Shown: positions 10,012 through 18,639 of the stretch, piece by piece
Layout of the letters: each line of letters begins with the position of its first letter
How positions within the stretch are numbered: position 1 is the first letter of the stretch
Assembly: GCA_041494705.1 (NCBI GenBank)
Contig: JBGQBI010000004.1
Location: 150,001 to 182,000, forward strand
Reading direction: 5' to 3'
Length of the DNA stretch: 32,000 bases
Source: Candidatus Methanoperedens sp.
Lineage (GTDB): Archaea > Halobacteriota > Methanosarcinia > Methanosarcinales > Methanoperedenaceae
Notes under the pieces: model-generated
Told to the model about the DNA's origin: nothing
Seen by the model: only the letters and a program-made list of their open reading frames with translations
Databases searched by the model: none
Translations under genes and position numbers: made by a program

Positions 10012-10032
10012 TCACTCCTTTAGACGGCGTCA

Positions 10033-10539
10033 TCACACATTTGGCGCATTTTTTACTATTTCTTCAACAATTGTATCTGCTATCCTTTCACTTTCGGTCC
10101 TGCCGAGACCATCGATATTGTGAACCTTCAGGGTCAGTACGTTATTTTCAAGGTCTGTCCTGACAAGATACGAATCACCCTTGAAGGGGATGCGGTCGAA
10201 CTTATCATCGAGAAAAGAATACTGGAGGGTCACTTTGAAATCAATTATCCCTTCAGTTTTTACATCTTTAAGCACGGAATCAACTGTGCTGTTGTTGAGA
10301 GGATGGAAATCAACGCTCTTATCCGTGATTTCGATGTTTATACTCCTTTTTGCTTTTATTGGGCGGCCTTTCCGGTCCGGGCTGTCAGTTATGAATTGCC
10401 CGGATTGTCCGTCCATTCCTGCAATTGTTTTGACAATATAGGGCAGGTTTTCCTTGAAATTATATTTTCTTACAAATTCAGGGTCTGTTGGGAACTGGTG
10501 ATATGTGCGTCTCATATTTATCTTGTAATCGTCAGGCAT
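10033..10539 (-). CDS. Hypothetical protein (168 aa)
   Basis: The longest ORF (to 10722) overlaps the upstream nuclease gene by 148 nt. The ATG at 10539 (MPDDYKINMRR) removes that overlap. I recognise no motif. Confidence 0.5.
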   Translation of the reverse strand: MPDDYKINMRRTYHQFPTDPEFVRKYNFKENLPYIVKTIAGMDGQSGQFITDSPDRKGRPIKAKRSINIEITDKSVDFHPLNNSTVDSVLKDVKTEGIIDFKVTLQYSFLDDKFDRIPFKGDSYLVRTDLENNVLTLKVHNIDGLGRTESERIADTIVEEIVKNAPNV

Positions 10540-10574
10540 TCTTAAAAGCTTATTGCTAGAATTATGGAACTTCC

Positions 10575-11777
10575 CTATTCCCGTTCCTTTAAATTCGAAA
10601 TATAAATCCGGCAGGACTCTTCCATTCTCTGGAACTCCCGGATTTTTCCAATAAGTTCGGGGCTCCATCCGATTAAAGCCTTTGAAAGAGCATGGATATT
10701 CAGGTCTGAGACCTCTTCCCATTTCCCTGCTTCTTTGATAATTGCATCAAGCTGCTCTCTTTCTTTTTCCTCTTTTGCAGGAAAATGTGGTTTCTCCTCA
10801 ATCTTTACACGCAATTTCTTATCATTACCTCGGATGATTTCCACTCCTTCCCGTTTTGCATAGGCGACAATCGCTTCCTTCAGCAATTCAAGCTCTGCAT
10901 CTATATTATCAACCAGCTTTTTTTTCTCCATTGATTTCTCAACATACCGGTTCACAAGCAAAACTCCCGGGTCTTCCAGGTATTTATTAAGAGGCATCTG
11001 GCCGGTTTTGACGAGATGCATTCGCTTCGGGCACAGGGACTGGTAATCGCACCAGTCGCAGAGGCCGCTAACTTGCGCCTCGAAATCATTTTCCTCTTCA
11101 GCCCGTTCGATAGTCTCTATCAGCTTTACAATCCCCGACTTGAGTTCTAAAAGATCATGCGGCTGCCGTTTTGATTTTATCTCCCTGTCAAATACAAGAT
11201 AATGCCATACAAGATCGACTTCGTTTACATCCCCGAACATTTCCTGGACGCCAATCTGGTAAAGCGCAAGCTGCCTGTCCGAGTCAAAATGCGACTGCTG
11301 CGGCAGGTACTGTGAGGTCTTGTAGTCATGAATTTCATAAACCCCGTCGCGGCTGGATGAGAGCCTGTCGATAAATCCCCTGAGTTTATATCCTTCGATG
11401 TCGATTGCTATCATCTGCTCAAGTCCAAGGGTCTTCCCGTCATTGAAAGGCTGGTATCGTGCGTAATACTCACGGATGCATCTGGCGCCTGTGTCTTTAT
11501 AATTCCGTGGAGTGTAGCCTTCTTTTATAATCCTGATACCCTCGGAATAGTTCTTGAGCCACACGTCATCATAAAAAGAAAGAAGCTCTTCCGGCGTATC
11601 TGATTTTGAGAGGCGAAGGTCTTTATAGAGTTTCTCAAGCGTTTCATGGACTCTCGAACCCATGAAGGCTTCAATTGTTTCACTCTCATCGATTTTTATT
11701 TTATCCACATATCTCAGGCGGTATTGGAGAGGACATGTCTCGAACGCGGATAAACGGGAATGGGAGTAGATTGTCAT
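10575..11777 (-). CDS. PD-(D/E)XK nuclease with a Cas4/AddB-type Fe-S cysteine cluster and a C-terminal helical extension
   Basis: HSRLSAFETCPLQYRLRY carries the N-terminal Cys. IHDYKTS is the D/ExK motif and QLALYQ the QxxxY motif. CDWCDYQSLCP supplies the three C-terminal Cys. A ~150-aa charged tail follows. Confidence 0.8.
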   Translation of the reverse strand: MTIYSHSRLSAFETCPLQYRLRYVDKIKIDESETIEAFMGSRVHETLEKLYKDLRLSKSDTPEELLSFYDDVWLKNYSEGIRIIKEGYTPRNYKDTGARCIREYYARYQPFNDGKTLGLEQMIAIDIEGYKLRGFIDRLSSSRDGVYEIHDYKTSQYLPQQSHFDSDRQLALYQIGVQEMFGDVNEVDLVWHYLVFDREIKSKRQPHDLLELKSGIVKLIETIERAEEENDFEAQVSGLCDWCDYQSLCPKRMHLVKTGQMPLNKYLEDPGVLLVNRYVEKSMEKKKLVDNIDAELELLKEAIVAYAKREGVEIIRGNDKKLRVKIEEKPHFPAKEEKEREQLDAIIKEAGKWEEVSDLNIHALSKALIGWSPELIGKIREFQRMEESCRIYISNLKERE

Positions 11778-11819
11778 TGGCTATGGATTAGATTTGCCGG
11801 GTATAAAGGTTTTTGAAAA

Positions 11820-12959
11820 TTACAGCAACCCTATGTTGCTCTTCCTGACCACTTCGTCATAATTCCTGATCCCCAATATTTTCTCTATCATATCAGAATG
11901 CTTCCCCTTGATTTTATTGAGCTCGGATGAAGAATAATCCGTAATGCCTTTTGCAAATACCATGCCTTCGCTCTCTATCTCGATGATATCCCCCCTGTCG
12001 AATACGCCGTCAACTCCGATAATCCCTGAAGGCAAAAGCCCTTTTTTTTTCCTGACAGCCTCCTGCGCACCTTTATCCACGATGAGCTTGCCGCTTGTCT
12101 TTGAAAGTATTATCCAGCGCGTCCTGTTCTTGTATTTCCCGTCCCGGGCAAGGAACAGTGTCCCGATGTCCTCGCCGTCCATGATTTTAATAACCACATC
12201 CTGAATGGCGCTGTTTGCTATAACCATGTGGCAGCCTGCAATGGATGTTATCTTGGCAGCCTCAATTTTTGTCCTCATGCCGCCCACGCCTTTCATGCTT
12301 GTCGGGCTTCCCCCGTAGCTTTCTATTTCAGGCGTGATTTTTTCTATGGTGCTTATGAGCTTTGCATCCTCATTTTTCTTGGGATTCTTGTCATAAAGCC
12401 CGTCAATATCGGATAAAAGGATGAGGAGTTCTGCCTCAACCTTGCTTGCCACCATTGCGGAGAGCTTGTCGTTGTCCCCGAAGGTCGCCTCTATTTCATG
12501 CACGCATATAGGGTCGTTTTCATTGATTATGGGAACGACACCCGCATCCAATAGCGCCGAAATGCTGTTTCGAAGGTTAAGATACGTCATCCTGTTCGAG
12601 AAGGCTTCGTAGGTCAGCAATATCTGAGCCACCTTCAGGTCATGCTTACTGAACGCCGCCATCCATTCCTGCATCAGGATATTCTGTCCCACGGCTGCTG
12701 CTGCCTGCCGAAGCGGGATTTCCCTGGGGCGCTCCTTCATTTTCAGTTCTTCGCACCCTATCCCGATTGCGCCTGAGCTTACTATTATCACGGTTTTCCC
12801 GGCATCCCTCAGTCTTGCAACCTGCGCTGCCAGATCCTCTGTCAACCGCCTGTTAAAACTCCCATCCTCGTTGGAAAGGGATGATGTTCCTATTTTCAGG
12901 ACTATCTTTTTGACATCCTTAAAAAGCTCTCTCCTGTCAATGGTTTTAGTGGATTCCAT
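11820..12959 (-). CDS. proB: Glutamate 5-kinase with a C-terminal PUA domain
   Basis: Contains VLKIGTSSL, VIIVSSGAIGIG and a PUA-like C-terminus (LPSGIIGVDGVFDRGDII). ATG 12959 sits just downstream of the proA stop codon. The longest ORF starts at 12995. Confidence 0.92.
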   Translation of the reverse strand: MESTKTIDRRELFKDVKKIVLKIGTSSLSNEDGSFNRRLTEDLAAQVARLRDAGKTVIIVSSGAIGIGCEELKMKERPREIPLRQAAAAVGQNILMQEWMAAFSKHDLKVAQILLTYEAFSNRMTYLNLRNSISALLDAGVVPIINENDPICVHEIEATFGDNDKLSAMVASKVEAELLILLSDIDGLYDKNPKKNEDAKLISTIEKITPEIESYGGSPTSMKGVGGMRTKIEAAKITSIAGCHMVIANSAIQDVVIKIMDGEDIGTLFLARDGKYKNRTRWIILSKTSGKLIVDKGAQEAVRKKKGLLPSGIIGVDGVFDRGDIIEIESEGMVFAKGITDYSSSELNKIKGKHSDMIEKILGIRNYDEVVRKSNIGLL

Positions 12960-12960
12960 C

Positions 12961-14316
12961 TCATCCCTTACCCATTTTGTCAGCAAGGCTTGCATTTAGC
13001 TTTTTATGCGTATATTTCCTTGCGTTCTTTCCTACATAATCAGCCACTTTATGCCCTTTTCCCATAAGCACATATTTGTAAATCAAAAGCCCTTCCATCC
13101 CGACCGGGCCGCGGGCATGGATTTTATTAGTGCTGATGCCCACTTCTGCGCCTTTACCGTATCGGAACCCGTCTGCAAAGCGCGTGGATGCATTCCACAT
13201 CACGCTGGATGAGTCCACAAGGTCGATGAACCTGCCGGCATTGCTTTTATCTTCGGTAACAATGGCATCAGTATGATGTGAGCCGTATTTGTTGACATGG
13301 TCAATAGCCTCATCCAGCGAATCTACTATTTTTATGGAAAGGATAAGGTCATTGTACTCTGTTCTCCAGTCTTCTTCTGTGGCATGAAGGAGGGCTTTCA
13401 AGAATCCCATTTTTTTTAATAACCTGAATGAACGCTCATCGCACCGAAGTTCCACGCCCGCCTCGTTGTATCTCTTTCCCATCTCAGGCAGGAATTTTTC
13501 CGCAATATCCCTGTGCACAAGCAGGGTTTCCATGGCATTGCAGACTGCGGGGTACTGGACTTTTGCATCATAGCATACATCGAGCGCCGTATTCATATCA
13601 GCCTCGCTGTCAACATACACATGACAGATGCCTGCAGAATGACCAAGCACAGGAATCCGCGTATTGTCCTGGATGTATTTCACGAACTCGTTTGAGCCTC
13701 TCGGGATTATGAGGTTTATGTAATCATCAAGCTTCAGCATCTCGTTTACTTCTTCCCGTGTCTCCATGAGCGCGAATGCGCCCGCCGGCATCCCTTCCGT
13801 GCCCTCGATGGCGTTCACGAGCACATCGAAGATTGTCCTGTTTGAGTGCGCAGCCTCGCTTCCACCTTTGAAGATGGTAGCATTGCCGCTTTTCAGGCAG
13901 AGCGACATAATCTGCGGCACAACGTCGGGACGGGATTCAAAAATGACGCCGATTAATCCGATGGGACAGCTTACCTGAAAAAGTTCAAGACCGCTGTCAA
14001 GTTCAAGTGCGGAAAGTGTCTTTCCTACCGGGTCTTCGAATTTGATGACGTCTTTGATGCCTGCTATCATCTCGTCTATCTTGATTTCGTCCACTTTCAG
14101 CCTTTTGATAATGGCTTTTGGAAGCTTGCCTGCTTCTACGAGTTTCTCTGCCGCTGCAATGTCTTTTTTGTTGGCTGAGATGATTATCTCCCTGTTTGAG
14201 TCAAGAGCCTGTGCCATCGAAGCGAGGACTCTGTTCTTTACGGCGCCGGGCACGCTTGCTAATGGGATGGAGGCGCTTTTTGCGAGGGTGACTTTGGTGA
14301 TTATATCATTGGACAT
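12961..14316 (-). CDS. proA: Gamma-glutamyl phosphate reductase
   Basis: 451 aa, aldehyde-dehydrogenase-like, with IFESRPDV, CNAMETLLVH (catalytic Cys) and ASTRFADGFRYG. Confidence 0.93.
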   Translation of the reverse strand: MSNDIITKVTLAKSASIPLASVPGAVKNRVLASMAQALDSNREIIISANKKDIAAAEKLVEAGKLPKAIIKRLKVDEIKIDEMIAGIKDVIKFEDPVGKTLSALELDSGLELFQVSCPIGLIGVIFESRPDVVPQIMSLCLKSGNATIFKGGSEAAHSNRTIFDVLVNAIEGTEGMPAGAFALMETREEVNEMLKLDDYINLIIPRGSNEFVKYIQDNTRIPVLGHSAGICHVYVDSEADMNTALDVCYDAKVQYPAVCNAMETLLVHRDIAEKFLPEMGKRYNEAGVELRCDERSFRLLKKMGFLKALLHATEEDWRTEYNDLILSIKIVDSLDEAIDHVNKYGSHHTDAIVTEDKSNAGRFIDLVDSSSVMWNASTRFADGFRYGKGAEVGISTNKIHARGPVGMEGLLIYKYVLMGKGHKVADYVGKNARKYTHKKLNASLADKMGKG

Positions 14317-14384
14317 GATCGATGAAGACTTAAATTTTAATTCTTTTACATCATTTTAGTTTTTATAGATATGGTTTTTCTAAT

Positions 14385-15824
14385 TCAAGCTTCTTTTTTT
14401 ATTATATATCTAGCTAATGAAAGCACCTTCTCAGCATCTTCTTTCGTGGCTCTGATTGTTCCATGAAGGATTTCATTTCTCTTTTGTTTCATTTTCATAA
14501 GAATCTCATAGTCGGCATTTAACAATATCTCTTGAAGATTGATTGATTTGATAATTTTGTCAATGTTCCACTTACTTATTTCTTTTTTGAATCCACCAGA
14601 AATGCCTTTCTCTTTTAAAAAATCTTCCCACTTTCCAGTAAGGTACTTTTCAATTATTACCCAGCTCATAAAAAATGATTGAGTATATTCCGATTCAGAG
14701 AAGTGTGTATAAGATTCGAGGAAGAATGGAATATAAAAACGAAGCTTAGGGTTATTCCAATATAGTTCGGCGTCTTTGAGCGTTTCACCTAATTCCTTAT
14801 GGGTGAGTTTTGTTCTCCTTCTAAAAAATGGCTCCGCTGACTTTTGTTCATACTGAATTGAGAATCTTGGAAGCATAGGTATAGACGAACCTCCAAATTT
14901 TTTTGAGTTAATGTCGTATTGGAAGTGTCCGAGTTCATGTTCTCGTATCACATACGACAAAGTTCCCCTTAGAAAAAAGGTGGCAACCAAGACATTGAGG
15001 ATTTCCAGAGCTACTTTGTTTTCTATTTCTTCTACTCCTACAAATCCATCATAGGTTGCGATAACATTTTGGCCATTAAATTTACCTTCAAAGACAACCG
15101 TACCGAATTTAATTATGTGTATTTCCTCGAATAATTCCTCTGAAAAGGGGACTTTTGGCGCCTTTCCAATATACACAGGTGGAAATAGAAATGTTCCATG
15201 CCACTTATATATGGGTTCGGAATGTTCTTGAATTTTCTGTGGTTCAGTCTTAGCTAATATTTCGACTGTCTTTTGAGCTTGCTCGTTTTGACAAGCATTT
15301 TTAGCATTATGAATTATCGAGACGACCATACTTGCTGGGTCAGCCTTAGTAATGTCTCCATAACAAGACCATATAGCAGAATTTTTCAAAAAATATTGTT
15401 TGTGAGTAGGGATGTCTAAAAAGATGGGATTGAATACATTTCTTTGAATTTCTCTAAGAATGCTTCTTAGATCCCTATCGAGTAAAGTTCTAACAATTGG
15501 TTCGCCTTCGAGAAAAAAAAGAACATATTGTTCATCTGTATCTATTGGAATATCCCAAACAGGGTCAGAAATGATTTTTTCAAATAGCTCGAAGGCTTCG
15601 TATGGCTTGATAGGTCCATACGCCCACACTTTTTCATCCTTTATATGGGGAAGATGGAGAATAAAAGTCTTGGTCAGCGGAGGATATTCAAATGTAATAG
15701 ACAGTATTTGGCACGGTTCCGTCAAATCATCTAAGTTGATGTTTTTCCTTTCGCCTTCAGATAGTTCTTTATATTTCTCACGGAACTCTTGAATGAGATT
15801 CTTAAACCAGTCTTCACGGTTCAT
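14385..15824 (-). CDS. 479-aa protein with a C-terminal HEPN (Rx4H) domain; N-terminal two-thirds unknown; internal HELGH
   Basis: KQKRNEILHG (R449...H454, nt 14463-14480) lies within a helical C-terminal ~140 aa (FFMSWVIIEKYL ... AEKVLSLARYIIK). HELGH is at aa 296-300 (nt 14925-14939). The gene is AT-rich: line 14581-14640 counts 20/60 GC. Confidence 0.7.
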   Translation of the reverse strand: MNREDWFKNLIQEFREKYKELSEGERKNINLDDLTEPCQILSITFEYPPLTKTFILHLPHIKDEKVWAYGPIKPYEAFELFEKIISDPVWDIPIDTDEQYVLFFLEGEPIVRTLLDRDLRSILREIQRNVFNPIFLDIPTHKQYFLKNSAIWSCYGDITKADPASMVVSIIHNAKNACQNEQAQKTVEILAKTEPQKIQEHSEPIYKWHGTFLFPPVYIGKAPKVPFSEELFEEIHIIKFGTVVFEGKFNGQNVIATYDGFVGVEEIENKVALEILNVLVATFFLRGTLSYVIREHELGHFQYDINSKKFGGSSIPMLPRFSIQYEQKSAEPFFRRRTKLTHKELGETLKDAELYWNNPKLRFYIPFFLESYTHFSESEYTQSFFMSWVIIEKYLTGKWEDFLKEKGISGGFKKEISKWNIDKIIKSINLQEILLNADYEILMKMKQKRNEILHGTIRATKEDAEKVLSLARYIIKKEA

Positions 15825-15998
15825 AATTTCTTCTTAGTTTTACTGTCTTATAGGCAAGTGAACTACGTTGTAGCGTTATATATAGCTCGCTAATTTCTTA
15901 GAAGTGTCACGGTGAGAACAAGAAACGCCTGCCAAACCTGCTCTCCAGCCCCGTTTGCGGTATGTTCTGGATAAAAAATAACGCTACCAAAAAATTAC

Positions 15999-16163
15999 TT
16001 ATTTATAGTCCGAACTCTGGCCTTTAGACTTCTTTGGAGGATAGTGAACAGACCTCAGATGCGCCTCGATAGGCCCTTCCCAGCCTTTTAATTTATCAGG
16101 GTCCGCATCAATAAGCCTGAGAAGCTCGTCCTCATCTTTTGCTTCATATCTCTTGGATTTCAT
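15999..16163 (-). CDS. Possible small protein (54 aa), divergent from carA
   Basis: An ATG-to-TAA ORF translating to MKSKRYEAKDEDELLRLIDADPDKLKGWEGPIEAHLRSVHYPPKKSKGQSSDYK. It has backbone-like GC and is below the 60-aa track cutoff. There is no homology evidence. Confidence 0.3.
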   Translation of the reverse strand: MKSKRYEAKDEDELLRLIDADPDKLKGWEGPIEAHLRSVHYPPKKSKGQSSDYK

Positions 16164-16336
16164 AATAATCACTTCGCTTTGTTATAATATAATTATTCGT
16201 ACCAAACTAGAAATGATACTCCAAAAACATTTGCAATTGGCACGAAAATATGTAGATCTACAGGAAAGAGAGTATAGAACTTACACACATTTCCCAAGTC
16301 GTAATCTATTTACCATGCCTTTACAGTTTAGCAACC

Positions 16337-17434
16337 ATGAAAGCGGTACTCGGGCTTGAGGACGGAACATTTGTAAAAGGAGAAGGTCTGGGAGTGGAAG
16401 GTATTGTCCGGGGCGAGCTTGTTTTTACAACGCAGTACACAGGTTACGAGGAAGCCCTGACAGACCCATCGTATAAGGGACAGATACTGATGTTCACGTA
16501 TCCGCTCATCGGCAACTACGGCATAAGCGGCGAAACCTTCCAATCCGATAGGATGCAGGCAGAAGGACTGGTTGTAAGGGAAGCCTGCGACCATCCATCC
16601 CATCACAAATCAAAGCGCTCAATTTTTGAGTTCCTGAAGGATGAGGGCAAATCAGGCATCATGGGAATTGATACCCGTATGCTCACGATAAAAACAAGAG
16701 AGCACGGCACCATGAAAGCCGCTATAATAGTCGGGGACGATAACGGCGAGGAAGCTGTTAGGCTTGCAAGGGAGCAGCCCGATATAGGAGGTCTTGACCT
16801 GATTAGCAGGGTCACATGCAAAGAGCCATACCGGGTAAAAGGGCAGGAAGACGGGGGCAACATCGTGCTCATGGATTTCGGTGCAAAGAGAAACATCGTT
16901 AAAAGCCTGAACAACCGGGGAATCAATGTCACTGTTGTTCCTGCAACAACGAAGTTAAAAGATATCATGAATTACGAGCCGGATGCCCTGCTTCTCTCCA
17001 ATGGCCCTGGAGACCCGCAGCAGGCAATAAACGGCATCTCGGTCGTGAAAGAGCTTGCTGGACAATTGCCCATTTTCGGCATCTGTCTCGGGCACCAGAT
17101 TATCTCGCTGGCGCTCGGGGGAGAGACTTACAAGATGAAGTTCGGACACCGCGGAGCCAACCAGCCTGTGAAGGACAAAAAGAGGGGTATCGTGTACATC
17201 ACATCGCAGAACCACGGTTATGCGGTGGATGATAGCAGCATGGATGAAAAAGAGGTATCTATCACTCAATTAAACGCCAATGACGGCACTGTTGAAGGGC
17301 TTGAGCATAAAAAGCTTGAGATAATATCGGTGCAGTACCATCCTGAAGCGCACCCGGGACCTCTTGATACCGAGAAGATTTTCTTTGACAGGGTTGCTGA
17401 AACGGTGAGAAGGATGAAAGTGCTGGTTAAATAA
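16337..17434 (+). CDS. carA: Carbamoyl-phosphate synthase small (glutaminase) subunit
   Basis: Starts MKAVLGLEDGTFVKGEG. The GATase triad context is present: PIFGICLGHQ (Cys nucleophile) and VQYHPEA. Confidence 0.93.
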   Translation: MKAVLGLEDGTFVKGEGLGVEGIVRGELVFTTQYTGYEEALTDPSYKGQILMFTYPLIGNYGISGETFQSDRMQAEGLVVREACDHPSHHKSKRSIFEFLKDEGKSGIMGIDTRMLTIKTREHGTMKAAIIVGDDNGEEAVRLAREQPDIGGLDLISRVTCKEPYRVKGQEDGGNIVLMDFGAKRNIVKSLNNRGINVTVVPATTKLKDIMNYEPDALLLSNGPGDPQQAINGISVVKELAGQLPIFGICLGHQIISLALGGETYKMKFGHRGANQPVKDKKRGIVYITSQNHGYAVDDSSMDEKEVSITQLNANDGTVEGLEHKKLEIISVQYHPEAHPGPLDTEKIFFDRVAETVRRMKVLVK

Positions 17435-17658
17435 AGCCTGTTTCTACTGCTTTGAGTTGTTCAGGTCGGTCAGGGATGGGAAGTGATTTGAAAAATACAT
17501 TTTCACGCAGAATTGCTCGTCTAGTGAGAAAACATTATAAAGGCAAAAACGCTAACAAGTCCGGGTGTAGTTAAGTACGGGGTTAGGGTAAATTGCAATT
17601 AAACCCTGCGCATTGGCAGGGTGCTGACTTCGTTTCCTTAAAACAGATGAATTATTGG

Positions 17659-18639
17659 TCATTTCAAAGGTTCTTTATATCTCGTTCTGAAAAATTCTTC
17701 TTCATCCACTAGGTCCTTGAGGATATTTTTCTCGCATACGTCAAGAAAATCTTTAAAACAATCTTTGTCGCTAATTACAATTTTATTATTTTTAACTTCA
17801 AACTTTAGATAAGGAACCATTTTTTTTATTTTCGATATTCTATTGATATCAATCTTATCAAAACCACCCTGGAGTGAAAGGCGAGCTATTCTCTTTAAGA
17901 ATGCAGGTTTATCAAGTATTTGATCACGGAGATCTTCTTGTATTTCAAAATTTTTAAATGATGTAAGCTTTTCAAATACCTTCTTAGATTCATTTATATA
18001 AAGATCTAATAAAGAGAAAATCGATTCGAAGCCGTTCCTATTCAAAATATACATAATTTCATGAATATTATCTAATTTGTAATAAACGCAATCAATAAAA
18101 TCATCAAATTTACATACATCACCATATACACGATTGAATATGCCGTCCTTAAAACTAAATAAAGTATTTTCTGAAGAGATGACACTCCCCTTGGTGTATT
18201 TACGGAAATATATGACTTTATTATTTATACTTTTGAATTCAACAGCATAACTATGAAATCCTTCTATTGATCCTCCTTCGAAGGTTTTAATTTGATCTAG
18301 GTTTGTATGTTGTTCCATCCGCATGTCAATATATCTAAATGTTGGAATTAGAAGAAGATTTTCAATAACAGCTATGTGTTCGTGTTCGGGCAACAAGTCA
18401 CTCGCAAAGAAATCTTTAAACTTCAAATCTTGAATTTTAATAGTATTTAGCTGTGATACTATAGTTTTGGTAAATTTGATCTTTACATCGCCTGCAATGC
18501 TAACAGAAAATACCCTATTCATTTTTTCTGGCATACGGCTATTGCTTTTTTTGATAAAGTACATCTCTATCTGAACATCTTTTTCTTGAATATGTGCCAA
18601 CATCAGGTCAATTATAGATTTTGCATCAATCATCTTCAT
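17659..18639 (-). CDS. 326-aa soluble protein, KwaB/DUF4868-like by architecture
   Basis: Its start overlaps the upstream membrane-protein gene by 14 nt. I found no catalytic motif. The central segment FRKYTKGSVISS...CKFDDFIDCVYYKLDNIHEIMYILNRNGFESIF resembles my recollection of DUF4868. Line 18001-18060 counts 17/60 GC. Confidence 0.5.
   Translation of the reverse strand: MKMIDAKSIIDLMLAHIQEKDVQIEMYFIKKSNSRMPEKMNRVFSVSIAGDVKIKFTKTIVSQLNTIKIQDLKFKDFFASDLLPEHEHIAVIENLLLIPTFRYIDMRMEQHTNLDQIKTFEGGSIEGFHSYAVEFKSINNKVIYFRKYTKGSVISSENTLFSFKDGIFNRVYGDVCKFDDFIDCVYYKLDNIHEIMYILNRNGFESIFSLLDLYINESKKVFEKLTSFKNFEIQEDLRDQILDKPAFLKRIARLSLQGGFDKIDINRISKIKKMVPYLKFEVKNNKIVISDKDCFKDFLDVCEKNILKDLVDEEEFFRTRYKEPLK

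Noticed and set aside
10540-10722. An N-terminal 61-aa extension of the 10033 ORF, overlapping the nuclease gene by 148 nt.
   Set aside because: An overlap of that size is implausible. The internal ATG at 10539 gives a 35-nt intergenic gap instead.
12960-12995. The longest-ORF start of proB at 12995, overlapping proA.
   Set aside because: The ATG at 12959 follows directly after the proA stop codon, and the conserved kinase N-terminus begins after it. The 12-codon extension is probably not translated.
14925-14939. HELGH taken as firm evidence for a metalloprotease domain.
   Set aside because: It is kept only as a hypothesis inside the HEPN finding. HExxH pentapeptides occur by chance, and I cannot identify a third zinc ligand or a surrounding zincin fold by eye.
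17555-17640. A possible tRNA or tRNA fragment as an integration target next to the Kiwa-like islet (GGGTGTAGTTAAGTACGGGGTTAGGG...).
   Set aside because: I could fold no acceptor, D or T arm, and there is no GTTCGAATC-type T-loop. Only two short alternative hairpins are present. This is not a tRNA.
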